Part shown: piece after piece, positions 16,417-23,852 of the stretch
How the letters are laid out: each line of letters starts with the position of its first letter
Numbering within the stretch: position 1 is the stretch's first letter
Virus record (IMG/VR): IMGVR_UViG_3300032675_000120
Span: 1 to 26,498 of that record
DNA length: 26,498 nucleotides
Source of the DNA: a virus
Lineage: Duplodnaviria; Caudoviricetes
Strand: one strand, 5' to 3'
Translations under genes and position numbers: made by a program
The notes under the pieces: generated by a model
What the model was told of the DNA's origin: nothing
What the model saw: the letters and a program-made list of their open reading frames with translations, nothing else
Database searches by the model: none

Positions 16417-17727
16417 CTAATTCTTCAGGCTGTTCGGGTAAAGAAGTGATTCGACGCTAAAAGCAGACTTGCTCATTGGGGCGCCACTTGAATCCTCTTC
16501 TGAGTCATCATTTGACGAGTCATCCTCAGAAGCACCCTCGTTTTTTCCCTCAGCAAGTTTTGTAGCCTTTGCGTTCTTTGCCTTACCCATTGCAACTGGT
16601 GTTGAACTGTCGTCCGATGAGTCGTCCGAAACGGTTCCGAGACCACCACAGTTTGAACACTGGTCGCTGTTGTCACCATTGCATGATGGGCAAAGTACGA
16701 GAAGCGATGCGTCCTTCTTGGTTGGCTTTGATGAGTCGTCAGCAGATGAGTCTTCGTCTGAACTGTCGTCTTCCCAAGGCTTCTTCCATTCAGTCTTTTG
16801 AGCCTTTGAAACCGAAGGCTTTGTCCACTCTTCTGGGAGCATGTCCACAGCGTTCAGTGCTTGTGCCTGACGGATGATGTGGCTCTTGGCCTTGGCGGGC
16901 GATGAAGCACGTCCAACCGACTGGATAGCGTTCTGCAAGTCACCCTTGTTTTCGATTGGGAATGAGCCGTCTGGGAGGGCCTTGCCTGCGTGAGCAAGTT
17001 CCATTCGCTTGGCGTTGCTGAATTCACGCTTCTCTACGCTACGGTTGTTGTCGGCCTCGGTTTGCATTTGGTTAATCTTTCCACGCAAACGACCGGCCTC
17101 TGAAGCGTGAGCCGAGTGGCCCTTCATGTCGCCAGCCTGACGTGCTTCTCCGGCCTTCTTTTCGTGGTCTGATGCAAGTTCTGCAAGACCCTCAATGGTC
17201 GAAGGGTCGCCAGCCTTTTCCAAAGAAAAGTCGGGAACCATTACACCGTTTTGGTTCATGATTTGCGAAGGCTTGACTTCAACGATGTCGTCTTCCTTGG
17301 TTGTTTCGCCCTCTGGAACCGAAGAGTCTTCTTCGACCATCTGGCCGTAACGGTTTGGAATCTTTCCCTTTGCCAGGTCGTTTAGTGAATCGACCGTAGC
17401 CTGTGCGAGGCCAAAAGCCTTGTTCGCAACTGCGAAGTTCTTGTCTGCTTCACGGAAGCCAGCGAGTGCGTTGTTATATGCCTTCTGAAGGGCGTCCTTG
17501 TTCCAAGCGGACTTAGATACTGCCTCAAAGTAAGCAACTTCAGTGGCCTTCATTGTCTCTTCGGCCTTTGCAAGGCGGAACGAAGCGTTGTCGAGGTCGA
17601 CACGGGCAACGCCGAGTGCTGAATTGGCCTTGGCAATCTGCTTCAGGGCGATGTTTACGGTCTCGCTCTTGGCGACTGTTTGCTCAAAGGACACCGTTGT
17701 TGGGTTGCTGTTTGCGACACGAATCAT
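16417..17727 (-). CDS. Head-associated multidomain protein (coiled coil, DUF6582-like module, Zn finger, Asp/Ser tracts)
   Basis: N-terminal heptads; ALPDGSFPI.NKGDLQNAIQSVGRA...HIIRQA.AL...LPEEW; CPSCNG...CSNCGGLG; GAAAGGA RBS. Confidence 0.7.
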   Translation of the reverse strand: MIRVANSNPTTVSFEQTVAKSETVNIALKQIAKANSALGVARVDLDNASFRLAKAEETMKATEVAYFEAVSKSAWNKDALQKAYNNALAGFREADKNFAVANKAFGLAQATVDSLNDLAKGKIPNRYGQMVEEDSSVPEGETTKEDDIVEVKPSQIMNQNGVMVPDFSLEKAGDPSTIEGLAELASDHEKKAGEARQAGDMKGHSAHASEAGRLRGKINQMQTEADNNRSVEKREFSNAKRMELAHAGKALPDGSFPIENKGDLQNAIQSVGRASSPAKAKSHIIRQAQALNAVDMLPEEWTKPSVSKAQKTEWKKPWEDDSSDEDSSADDSSKPTKKDASLLVLCPSCNGDNSDQCSNCGGLGTVSDDSSDDSSTPVAMGKAKNAKATKLAEGKNEGASEDDSSNDDSEEDSSGAPMSKSAFSVESLLYPNSLKN

Positions 17728-17757
17728 TTTGGAAAGTTCCTTTCGTTTCCTTGAAAA

Positions 17758-17782
17758 ATGCTACACCTAGATTTGGAAAATG
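17758..17782 (-). promoter_or_regulatory. Putative phage late promoter
   Basis: Minus strand CATTTTCCAAA-N8-TAGCAT. The upstream 11-mer is identical to the copy at 2482-2492. Confidence 0.6.
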
Positions 17783-17791
17783 GGGTTTTGT

Positions 17792-18241
17792 CTAGCCCTC
17801 GTTGAGCATTGACTGAGCAACACGGTCACGGGCGCTTGGTTCATAGTTAGCAGCACGTTGAGTTGCTTGAACTGCTGGTGCCCAAACATCGTCATCCTGG
17901 GTCTTGCTTGCAGGCATGTTGTAGATTGCGTTCCACTTCTTGTAGGCGAGTTGGTGCAGTTTTGCACCCTTATCGTCCCCACTCGACTGAGCCTTGCTTG
18001 CAAGTAAAGCATGCTGTTGCGCCATTCTCAGGGCGCCTTGCTGGTCATGAGCCGTTGCGAAGAAAGCGCCATCAGAGAGAAGGGATTGACGTGGAGTCCA
18101 TCGGTTTGGGTCTTCCTGACGTACTGGTGCTTTTTCGCCCCCGCCTTGACCGCCTGTGTACTGGTTTCCATTAAAAGAGTGACCAACCATTGCGCCCTTG
18201 GAGACGCCGAGGAGGTTTTCCGTTGAGAAAGGGTTTGACAT
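17792..18241 (-). CDS. Small motif-tagged helical protein
   Basis: 149 aa starting MSNPFSTENLLGVSKGAMVGHSFNGNQY. Confidence 0.75.
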   Translation of the reverse strand: MSNPFSTENLLGVSKGAMVGHSFNGNQYTGGQGGGEKAPVRQEDPNRWTPRQSLLSDGAFFATAHDQQGALRMAQQHALLASKAQSSGDDKGAKLHQLAYKKWNAIYNMPASKTQDDDVWAPAVQATQRAANYEPSARDRVAQSMLNEG

Positions 18242-18243
18242 TA

Positions 18244-18537
18244 TTAGACCTCTGCTACTGCGAGCGTTCCGCCCGATGCGCTACTGATTGCGGTTACGGC
18301 ACCATTGAATGTGGTGAAGTTGACCGATGCGTTTGGTGCAAGGATGATTCCAGTTCCAGCAACTGCGGTACCGCCAAGAGACAGGGAAATGGTTGTCGAG
18401 CCAGTGTTGGTGAACCAGCATTGAATACGGTTCTGGTTTGAGGCGAGAGCCGTGACGCTTGTGGTGCTAACTGAAACATTGGCGTTTGGTGTGTTGGCTA
18501 CCGTGTTCGACAAAACGGAGTTTTGGTTGTTGTACAT
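18244..18537 (-). CDS. Small beta-rich, probably structural, protein
   Basis: 97 aa, Thr/Ser/Asn-rich, with NQNR..CWFTNTG..TISL.LG......GIILAP. AAAGGA RBS. Confidence 0.65.
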   Translation of the reverse strand: MYNNQNSVLSNTVANTPNANVSVSTTSVTALASNQNRIQCWFTNTGSTTISLSLGGTAVAGTGIILAPNASVNFTTFNGAVTAISSASGGTLAVAEV

Positions 18538-18552
18538 AATTGTTTCCTTTGA

Positions 18553-19752
18553 TTAGTCGTTCTTGGTTGCTGACTGCTCGGCCTTGACCTCTGCGTACTT
18601 TGCTCGCTTTTGAGCGCAGTCCGCTTCAGAAGTGCATGGAGCATCGCCGTGCATCTTGTGCCAGTTGTCGTGGTCTTGGTCGTGACGCATAACAGTTTCT
18701 AGTGATTCGTTTGCATCCTTTGAAACGGCGGATGAAAGACGGTTGTTAAACATCGTGATAAGGCTTCCGTTGTCCAGTCTTACGGCTGTCTCACGGCTCC
18801 AGTCAACTGGCTTGTATGCGCCTTCAACGTTTGTAGGAACACCGTCACCACGAGTCTTTACTTCGCTTGGGTGAACAACCGTTCCTTCCCTGTTGCTGTC
18901 AACGCCCGAGCCTTCGGAAACACGAACTCGGTCGCCAACTTTGAGGCTTCCTCTTCCGCCGTATGATTGTCCTGAAGTAAACTGGTTTCCGTGAAATGCG
19001 TGTCCCGCTACGTCGCCTTTGGTAAGTGGGTACAGAAGAGCATCGGTGCTAAAAACCGAAGGGGTTGACTTGTTGATTTCGTTGGCTACGTCGCCTTCGG
19101 CACGTTGCTGAACCTTCAGGTCGATAATCTTTGAGCGAATTCGCTGAGCCTCGTTGACGTGGTGGGCAACAGTTTCGGAGTCGCCCTTTGCCTTTGCTTC
19201 TGGGATTGCTTCGTCGTGAGCCTGGGCCGCTTCAAGGTAGGAATTAATCGCACTGTCAAAGTCCTTGTTCATTGCGTACTTGTCGCCGGTCTTTTCTGCG
19301 TTCGCCTTTGCAATCTTGTCTTCCCCCTTCAGAATTGGGAAAAAAAGTTCGTTTGTGCCGAAACCAGAAGACTTCTTGAAAGTAGAAGCGCAGGAGTTTG
19401 GAATTGTCGAAACGTTTGGATTGTTCGATGCGTCAATTGAGTCGTAGTAAGACTTGGCACGCTCGGTTGCTTCAACTGATGAGTTGAAAGCCTGACCAGC
19501 CAATTGGACGTACATGTCACGGTCGGCGTGGTCTGTGCGTGAAACTTGTTCGTACAAGTCCCGGGCAGCAAAGTAGGCGCTTGCTGCGGTTAGGCAGAAG
19601 TCACCGGCGTTCTTCAGGTCGCCATTCTGTGCTGAAATGTTTGCCTGGTTGCAAAGACCATCTGCAATAGAAATGTTCTTTTGCGCCATTGCGGTCAACT
19701 CGTTAGCAGTTGAACCACCGTAGTTCTTTACGATTTGGAATGGGTTTGTCAT
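18553..19752 (-). CDS. Modular protein: helical repeats, repeat motif, SH3/KOW-like domain and His/Cys tail
   Basis: LTKGDVAGHAFHGNQF is followed by LKVGDRVRV...REGTVV...AVRLDNG. Tail HDQDHDNWHKMHGDAPCTSEADC. AAGGAG RBS. Confidence 0.75.
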   Translation of the reverse strand: MTNPFQIVKNYGGSTANELTAMAQKNISIADGLCNQANISAQNGDLKNAGDFCLTAASAYFAARDLYEQVSRTDHADRDMYVQLAGQAFNSSVEATERAKSYYDSIDASNNPNVSTIPNSCASTFKKSSGFGTNELFFPILKGEDKIAKANAEKTGDKYAMNKDFDSAINSYLEAAQAHDEAIPEAKAKGDSETVAHHVNEAQRIRSKIIDLKVQQRAEGDVANEINKSTPSVFSTDALLYPLTKGDVAGHAFHGNQFTSGQSYGGRGSLKVGDRVRVSEGSGVDSNREGTVVHPSEVKTRGDGVPTNVEGAYKPVDWSRETAVRLDNGSLITMFNNRLSSAVSKDANESLETVMRHDQDHDNWHKMHGDAPCTSEADCAQKRAKYAEVKAEQSATKND

Positions 19753-19762
19753 TGGTTTCTCC

Positions 19763-20209
19763 TTATGACAACGAAGCAGACAATTGCCATTGCCACTTGT
19801 TGTGTTGGTCGATTCGGTCTGCGAGGAAGTTCATGATTCCTTGCTGATTTTGTGCATTTGCCATTTGGAAGGCAATGTTTAGGCTTGTTAGAACGACTTC
19901 GTTTGCACTTAGAAGGTCTGGTACAAGAGTTTCCGGCGTGTAATCCGATGGTTGCGAGTCATCAATACTCGAACGTGCCGATAGGTCGCTCATTCGGAAG
20001 GGTGCGTAACCATTTGTTTTGCGGATGCACTCTGCCATTGGGTCAAGGCTTTCCAAAACGTCTTCGTAGATTTCCTCGAACTTGGCGTGCCACTGTGGGA
20101 AGTCCATTCCCGTTACGTTCCAATGGAATCCGTGGGTGCGGTGGTAAAAAACAGTGGCGTCTGCAAGTGCATTTCCCAGTGCCATTGGGAGTGTTGTTGC
20201 TGGGGTCAT
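19763..20209 (-). CDS. dps: Dps / ferritin-like DNA-protection protein
   Basis: HGFHWNVTG.DF..WHAKFEEIYE...DPMAECIR...NFLADRIDQHNK..WQL. The ATG at 20209 overlaps the upstream TGA (ATGA), giving 148 aa. Confidence 0.9.
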   Translation of the reverse strand: MTPATTLPMALGNALADATVFYHRTHGFHWNVTGMDFPQWHAKFEEIYEDVLESLDPMAECIRKTNGYAPFRMSDLSARSSIDDSQPSDYTPETLVPDLLSANEVVLTSLNIAFQMANAQNQQGIMNFLADRIDQHNKWQWQLSASLS

Positions 20210-20820
20210 TGTGCTACCTGCGCTACTGGTTGTTCTGTTGGTGCCGGGGTTGCCGAGTATGAGGGGTCTCCCGTGGAGACACGAACATTGTCGATTGTCG
20301 TAAGGGCTTGCATGCACTTGTCGACAGCGGAGTCGGCTGTTGCACGGGCTGATTCTGCGGTAGTGCGAAGTCCCTGAATCTCTTCCTGGGTCGCATTTTG
20401 CTTTACAGCACGGGCGTAGTCGTGGATTGCCTTGTTCGCAATTTCGCAAAGATTACCGGCGTGGTGAAACATCGAATAGTTTTCTTTTGCTTCATTTCCA
20501 AGGTTTTTGTTCTTGTACCCGCCTGGGTTTTGGAGTTTGCTGGCTGCTTGGGAGGAGTGGTAAGCCGCTTCGTTGAGTTGACGCATTGCTTCGCCGTAGT
20601 CTGAGGTGCGAAGTGCGGTACTTGCAGACATTACGGCTGATTTTGCGCTGTCGAGATTCTGGGCGTAGTTAAATGTTTCCGTGCCCGGGCGTGAATCGTG
20701 TGTTTTACCTGCGCTTACACCGTTGGTGTATCGGTTGCCTCGAAAAGGATGCCCAGGATGCTCGCCCTTAAAGATTGATTCAAACCACGCTGAGATGGCT
20801 TCGCTTGTTGAATCGAGCAT
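20206..20820 (-). CDS. Motif-tagged helical hypothetical protein
   Basis: 204 aa with EAISAWFESIFKGEHPGHPFRGNRY near the N-terminus. Confidence 0.75.
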   Translation of the reverse strand: MLDSTSEAISAWFESIFKGEHPGHPFRGNRYTNGVSAGKTHDSRPGTETFNYAQNLDSAKSAVMSASTALRTSDYGEAMRQLNEAAYHSSQAASKLQNPGGYKNKNLGNEAKENYSMFHHAGNLCEIANKAIHDYARAVKQNATQEEIQGLRTTAESARATADSAVDKCMQALTTIDNVRVSTGDPSYSATPAPTEQPVAQVAQ

Positions 20821-20863
20821 TGGACTTAGACATTTCTCTTCTAGTAGGGCAGTTACTTATGAA

Positions 20864-20888
20864 ATCTTACCTCTATATTTACGAAATG
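20864..20888 (-). promoter_or_regulatory. Putative phage late promoter
   Basis: Minus strand CATTTCGTAAA-N8-TAAGAT. Confidence 0.55.
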
Positions 20889-20897
20889 TCGGTTCGG

Positions 20898-23843
20898 TTA
20901 CTGCGGTGTAGACCCGTCCTCGCCCAGCCCGAAAGACGAAACTCTTTCTTCGAGGTTATTTGCGAATTCCGCAAATTGCAATCGAGAGAATGTTTTAATC
21001 AATTCTGGCGAGACACTCTGGTCTAGTTTTTCCTGCGCTTCAAGCGCCTTGGTGATTTTTATAGCCCTTCGTGCGGACTTTGAGTCAGTGGATGAACTTT
21101 TTTTATTCACTTCCCCGTGCGATTCGCTTGCATATCCCATTTTTTGGGCATAATCGGAAGCGGAACTTAGGGCATCGTTCCAATTCAGCCCAATTCGGTA
21201 GACAGGAAGGTCGAGTGAGGGGTTTGCAATTTTGATTCCAACCGCCCCAGCCCAGGTGTGGTTTCCGTCAATTATGTAGTTATCTTTTGAGATAAGAATT
21301 GGCTTTGTCTGTGGAATCCCGGCCTCTTTGTAGGTGTGGTACATCCATCCGGCTTGCGTTCCTGATATTTGGCCTTGAATCGTCTTCAGGTCTCTTGGGT
21401 CGACGTTCTCTTTTTCCACCGAAACGCCCTTTTCGTTTCTCAGGTAATCAAGGAATCCGTCTCGCTTGCTTGGTGGGATTTGTGGCATATCCGAGCGTAA
21501 GTAGCCCTTGCCATCCCCGCCAAACATTTCCTTACCGTCAACACGAAGTTTGCTGATGTCTGGTTGTCCGTTATCCAGTTCTTGCATCCCCTGGAGGAGG
21601 TTTGGAACATCTGCTTCGTGGATATTTGGGGTTTCCCCGCTTTTCAATTGGTCAGAGATTTTCCCTGCCCAGTTTTTGACTGATTCTGGTGAACCGTCTT
21701 CTGGGGAACTGTAAGAGCCCTCACCACCAGTCCACTGATTTCCGTGAAAGACGTGGCCCTCTACATCGCCCTTTTCCACTCCGACCTCATATGGAATCTT
21801 TGCTTGGTTGAAGGCGTTATTGAAGTCGTTGCTTACGTTGAAGTCGCTAGGGAACCACTTGGGCAGGTAGTTGGGGTCTGCTGTTTTCCAATCCTTGCTC
21901 TTGGCGTAGAACTGTTTTTGTGTTAGGTAGATGTGCGTTCCATCTCCCCTAAAATCAACACGGTCTACAACAAATCGCCCGCCAGTCAATAACTGAGTTC
22001 CAATGTGTTCTGGGTCAAGTGCTGAAAGTTGCGTTCCAATAGTTCCAGCGGGTGCGTGTAAATAAACGGCTTCGTTTGGATTTCGACCATACCGATTTGC
22101 CCATTGGTCGGCGTTTTCGCCAAACCCCGTGCCTTGTTGGTTAGCCCACGATGAAAGGGGCAAGTCCACAGTTTTACCTTCGGCAAACTTCTCCATAAAA
22201 GCATCTTTTGCGCCCGATAACTTGTCCAAAACTAAACCACGCTCAACCTCATTCGCCACGGGTGCAGAGCGTTCGCTAACTGCTTTCATAAAGTTATTAG
22301 CGTCTTGCTTCGCTTGCTGAACTTGTGCGTGGCTAAGTGGTATTGGTTCTACATAGGTTCCGTTTAGGTCTTTCCATTTTACTTTGTCACCAGCACTTAG
22401 TGTTTCACCGCCCATTCGTTTGTTTAGTTCGTATGCAAAAGCACTTTTGCGAACCAAATCTTCTTTGCTTGGCGAACCTAAGTATTCCAACCCCTCAGGG
22501 GCGTATCTAAATACTCCAAAATACAAGTTAGCAAGTTCTTTGGCTTGCCCATCACCAACTTCCCACTGATTACCGTGGAATTCGTGACCTGCGACATCGC
22601 CCTTTGCCAATGCACGATTTATCGGCTCTGCTGATACGCCAGTATCAGTATTAACTTTCTGGTTTGCAAAAATTTGGTCGCCAGTTGAAGTTGGCGCCGT
22701 TTCTCCCCACGAGGCGTAGGTGTCGCTCATTTGCAAGATGGAACGGTCATAAACCATGACATAACCAGAATTGGTATACTTGTAACCGCTAAGTGCGTCC
22801 GAGGAAGTTTCGTTAAGTCCTTCCGCAAGTAGGTCGGCTGTTCCCTTATCAAACCCGTTTTGTTTTAACAAATCGTTAAAGTTTGCCTCTTTGGAAAAGT
22901 TATAGTTTACGCTCCTGCCACTTCCAGCGTTGCTTGCGTCTGGGTTAGACCAGTCAAGCCTCATCTGCAAAAGCATATGGTCTCTAGCGTCGCCACGCTC
23001 GTTGGCGTACTCAACCGCTTCGCTTGGCAACTCGCTGGTGTAGAAGGCTGTTCCGTAAATTCCCCCACCGTATGTTGGGTTGTCGCTGTGCGCAAACCCC
23101 GCAACCACTTCTGCGCCTTTCCCTACGGGCGCTGAAAGTCCAGTAAATAATCTTTGATATTCGTCGCCCTTTGAAAACTCCGACTCACTTACAACCGAAG
23201 GTTTACCTAAGTTGCCGAGCATTGCCATAACTGCTTTCGCAGGGTCTGGCTTTCCGTTGGTTGGAAATTCGGCAAGAGCCTTTTTAAAACCTTCTGGGTT
23301 GCTGATTATTTTGGAAAGGTTTTCCGTGTAGTTTTCTTTTTCTTCTGAATTAATGGTGTGGTTAGACCACTCCGAACCCTCTATAGAGCGGGTTGTAAAA
23401 ACATTATTTAAAATAAAATCTTTTGACCTTGCAAAGGCTTTGCCACTCTCACCATTTTCGTATTGATTTCCATGAAAAGGGTGTCCTGCAACATCGCCTT
23501 TTTTCACCTCATCTTGGCTGTTGAAGTGTGCGACCATTTTCTTTGCCCATGAGTAGCCAGCATCGCCACCCCAAGCGTCCCAAGCGACACGCCCAGGTGA
23601 TGGGAAGCCGTTTTCCCCGGACTTAAACCCCTCGGCCTTTTGGTCTGGTTGGTGGCGGTCGAAATACGCCTTCATACGACGAAGGGTTTTCTCAGAAATA
23701 CCGTGAGCATTTGCGAGGTCGCTTGCCCGCCTTCTTCCGACATTGGTAAAACCACTACCCGCCTGGCCGTCTTTTATCCATTCCAAAGCACGTTTAGCAG
23801 CGGATTGAACCCCACTAGGGGGTGTAAAGGTTTCTCCAGACAT
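20898..23843 (-). CDS. Four-domain polyprotein: head-associated WGG module, ART-like, ART-like, ParB/Srx-like
   Basis: Domain motifs in order: PP..V...AKRALEW...G..RA..LA...RM.AYF.RH...AWDAWGGDAG.SWA; LFTGL...YGGGIYGTAFYTS...AVEYA; ERG...LSSW...TQLL..GRF; DPRDLKTIQ...PILISKDNYIIDGNHTW. Three repeat motifs separate them. Confidence 0.82.
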   Translation of the reverse strand: MSGETFTPPSGVQSAAKRALEWIKDGQAGSGFTNVGRRRASDLANAHGISEKTLRRMKAYFDRHQPDQKAEGFKSGENGFPSPGRVAWDAWGGDAGYSWAKKMVAHFNSQDEVKKGDVAGHPFHGNQYENGESGKAFARSKDFILNNVFTTRSIEGSEWSNHTINSEEKENYTENLSKIISNPEGFKKALAEFPTNGKPDPAKAVMAMLGNLGKPSVVSESEFSKGDEYQRLFTGLSAPVGKGAEVVAGFAHSDNPTYGGGIYGTAFYTSELPSEAVEYANERGDARDHMLLQMRLDWSNPDASNAGSGRSVNYNFSKEANFNDLLKQNGFDKGTADLLAEGLNETSSDALSGYKYTNSGYVMVYDRSILQMSDTYASWGETAPTSTGDQIFANQKVNTDTGVSAEPINRALAKGDVAGHEFHGNQWEVGDGQAKELANLYFGVFRYAPEGLEYLGSPSKEDLVRKSAFAYELNKRMGGETLSAGDKVKWKDLNGTYVEPIPLSHAQVQQAKQDANNFMKAVSERSAPVANEVERGLVLDKLSGAKDAFMEKFAEGKTVDLPLSSWANQQGTGFGENADQWANRYGRNPNEAVYLHAPAGTIGTQLSALDPEHIGTQLLTGGRFVVDRVDFRGDGTHIYLTQKQFYAKSKDWKTADPNYLPKWFPSDFNVSNDFNNAFNQAKIPYEVGVEKGDVEGHVFHGNQWTGGEGSYSSPEDGSPESVKNWAGKISDQLKSGETPNIHEADVPNLLQGMQELDNGQPDISKLRVDGKEMFGGDGKGYLRSDMPQIPPSKRDGFLDYLRNEKGVSVEKENVDPRDLKTIQGQISGTQAGWMYHTYKEAGIPQTKPILISKDNYIIDGNHTWAGAVGIKIANPSLDLPVYRIGLNWNDALSSASDYAQKMGYASESHGEVNKKSSSTDSKSARRAIKITKALEAQEKLDQSVSPELIKTFSRLQFAEFANNLEERVSSFGLGEDGSTPQ

Positions 23844-23852
23844 CGGACTCTC

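Larger units (their letters stand above)
6986..23501 (-). repeat. Dispersed in-frame peptide repeat K-G-[DEA]-x-x-G-H-x-F-[HRN]-G-N-[QR]-[YWF]
   Basis: Copies at 6986-7027, 7580-7621, 8108-8149, 8849-8890, 10214-10255, 13281-13322, 16274-16315, 18158-18199, 18979-19020, 20728-20769, 21732-21773, 22563-22604 and 23460-23501, plus a degenerate copy at 14325-14381. Confidence 0.95.

Noticed and set aside
20210-20449. 80-aa N-terminal extension of Dps in the ORF track
   Set aside because: It overlaps the 204-aa gene in another frame. The ATG at 20209 gives a normal-length Dps with ATGA coupling.
6986-23501. Dispersed repeats read as a CRISPR array, DGR repeats or IS ends
   Set aside because: The copies are in frame, irregularly spaced hundreds to thousands of nt apart, and vary at synonymous positions. 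No cas operon, reverse transcriptase or transposase is present.
6986-23501. HGN of the tag read as an intein C-terminal splice motif, or the tag as an ATCUN site
   Set aside because: Inteins end in H-N followed by C/S/T and need a HINT domain; neither is seen. After the proposed cut His is generally at position 6, not the position 3 that ATCUN requires.
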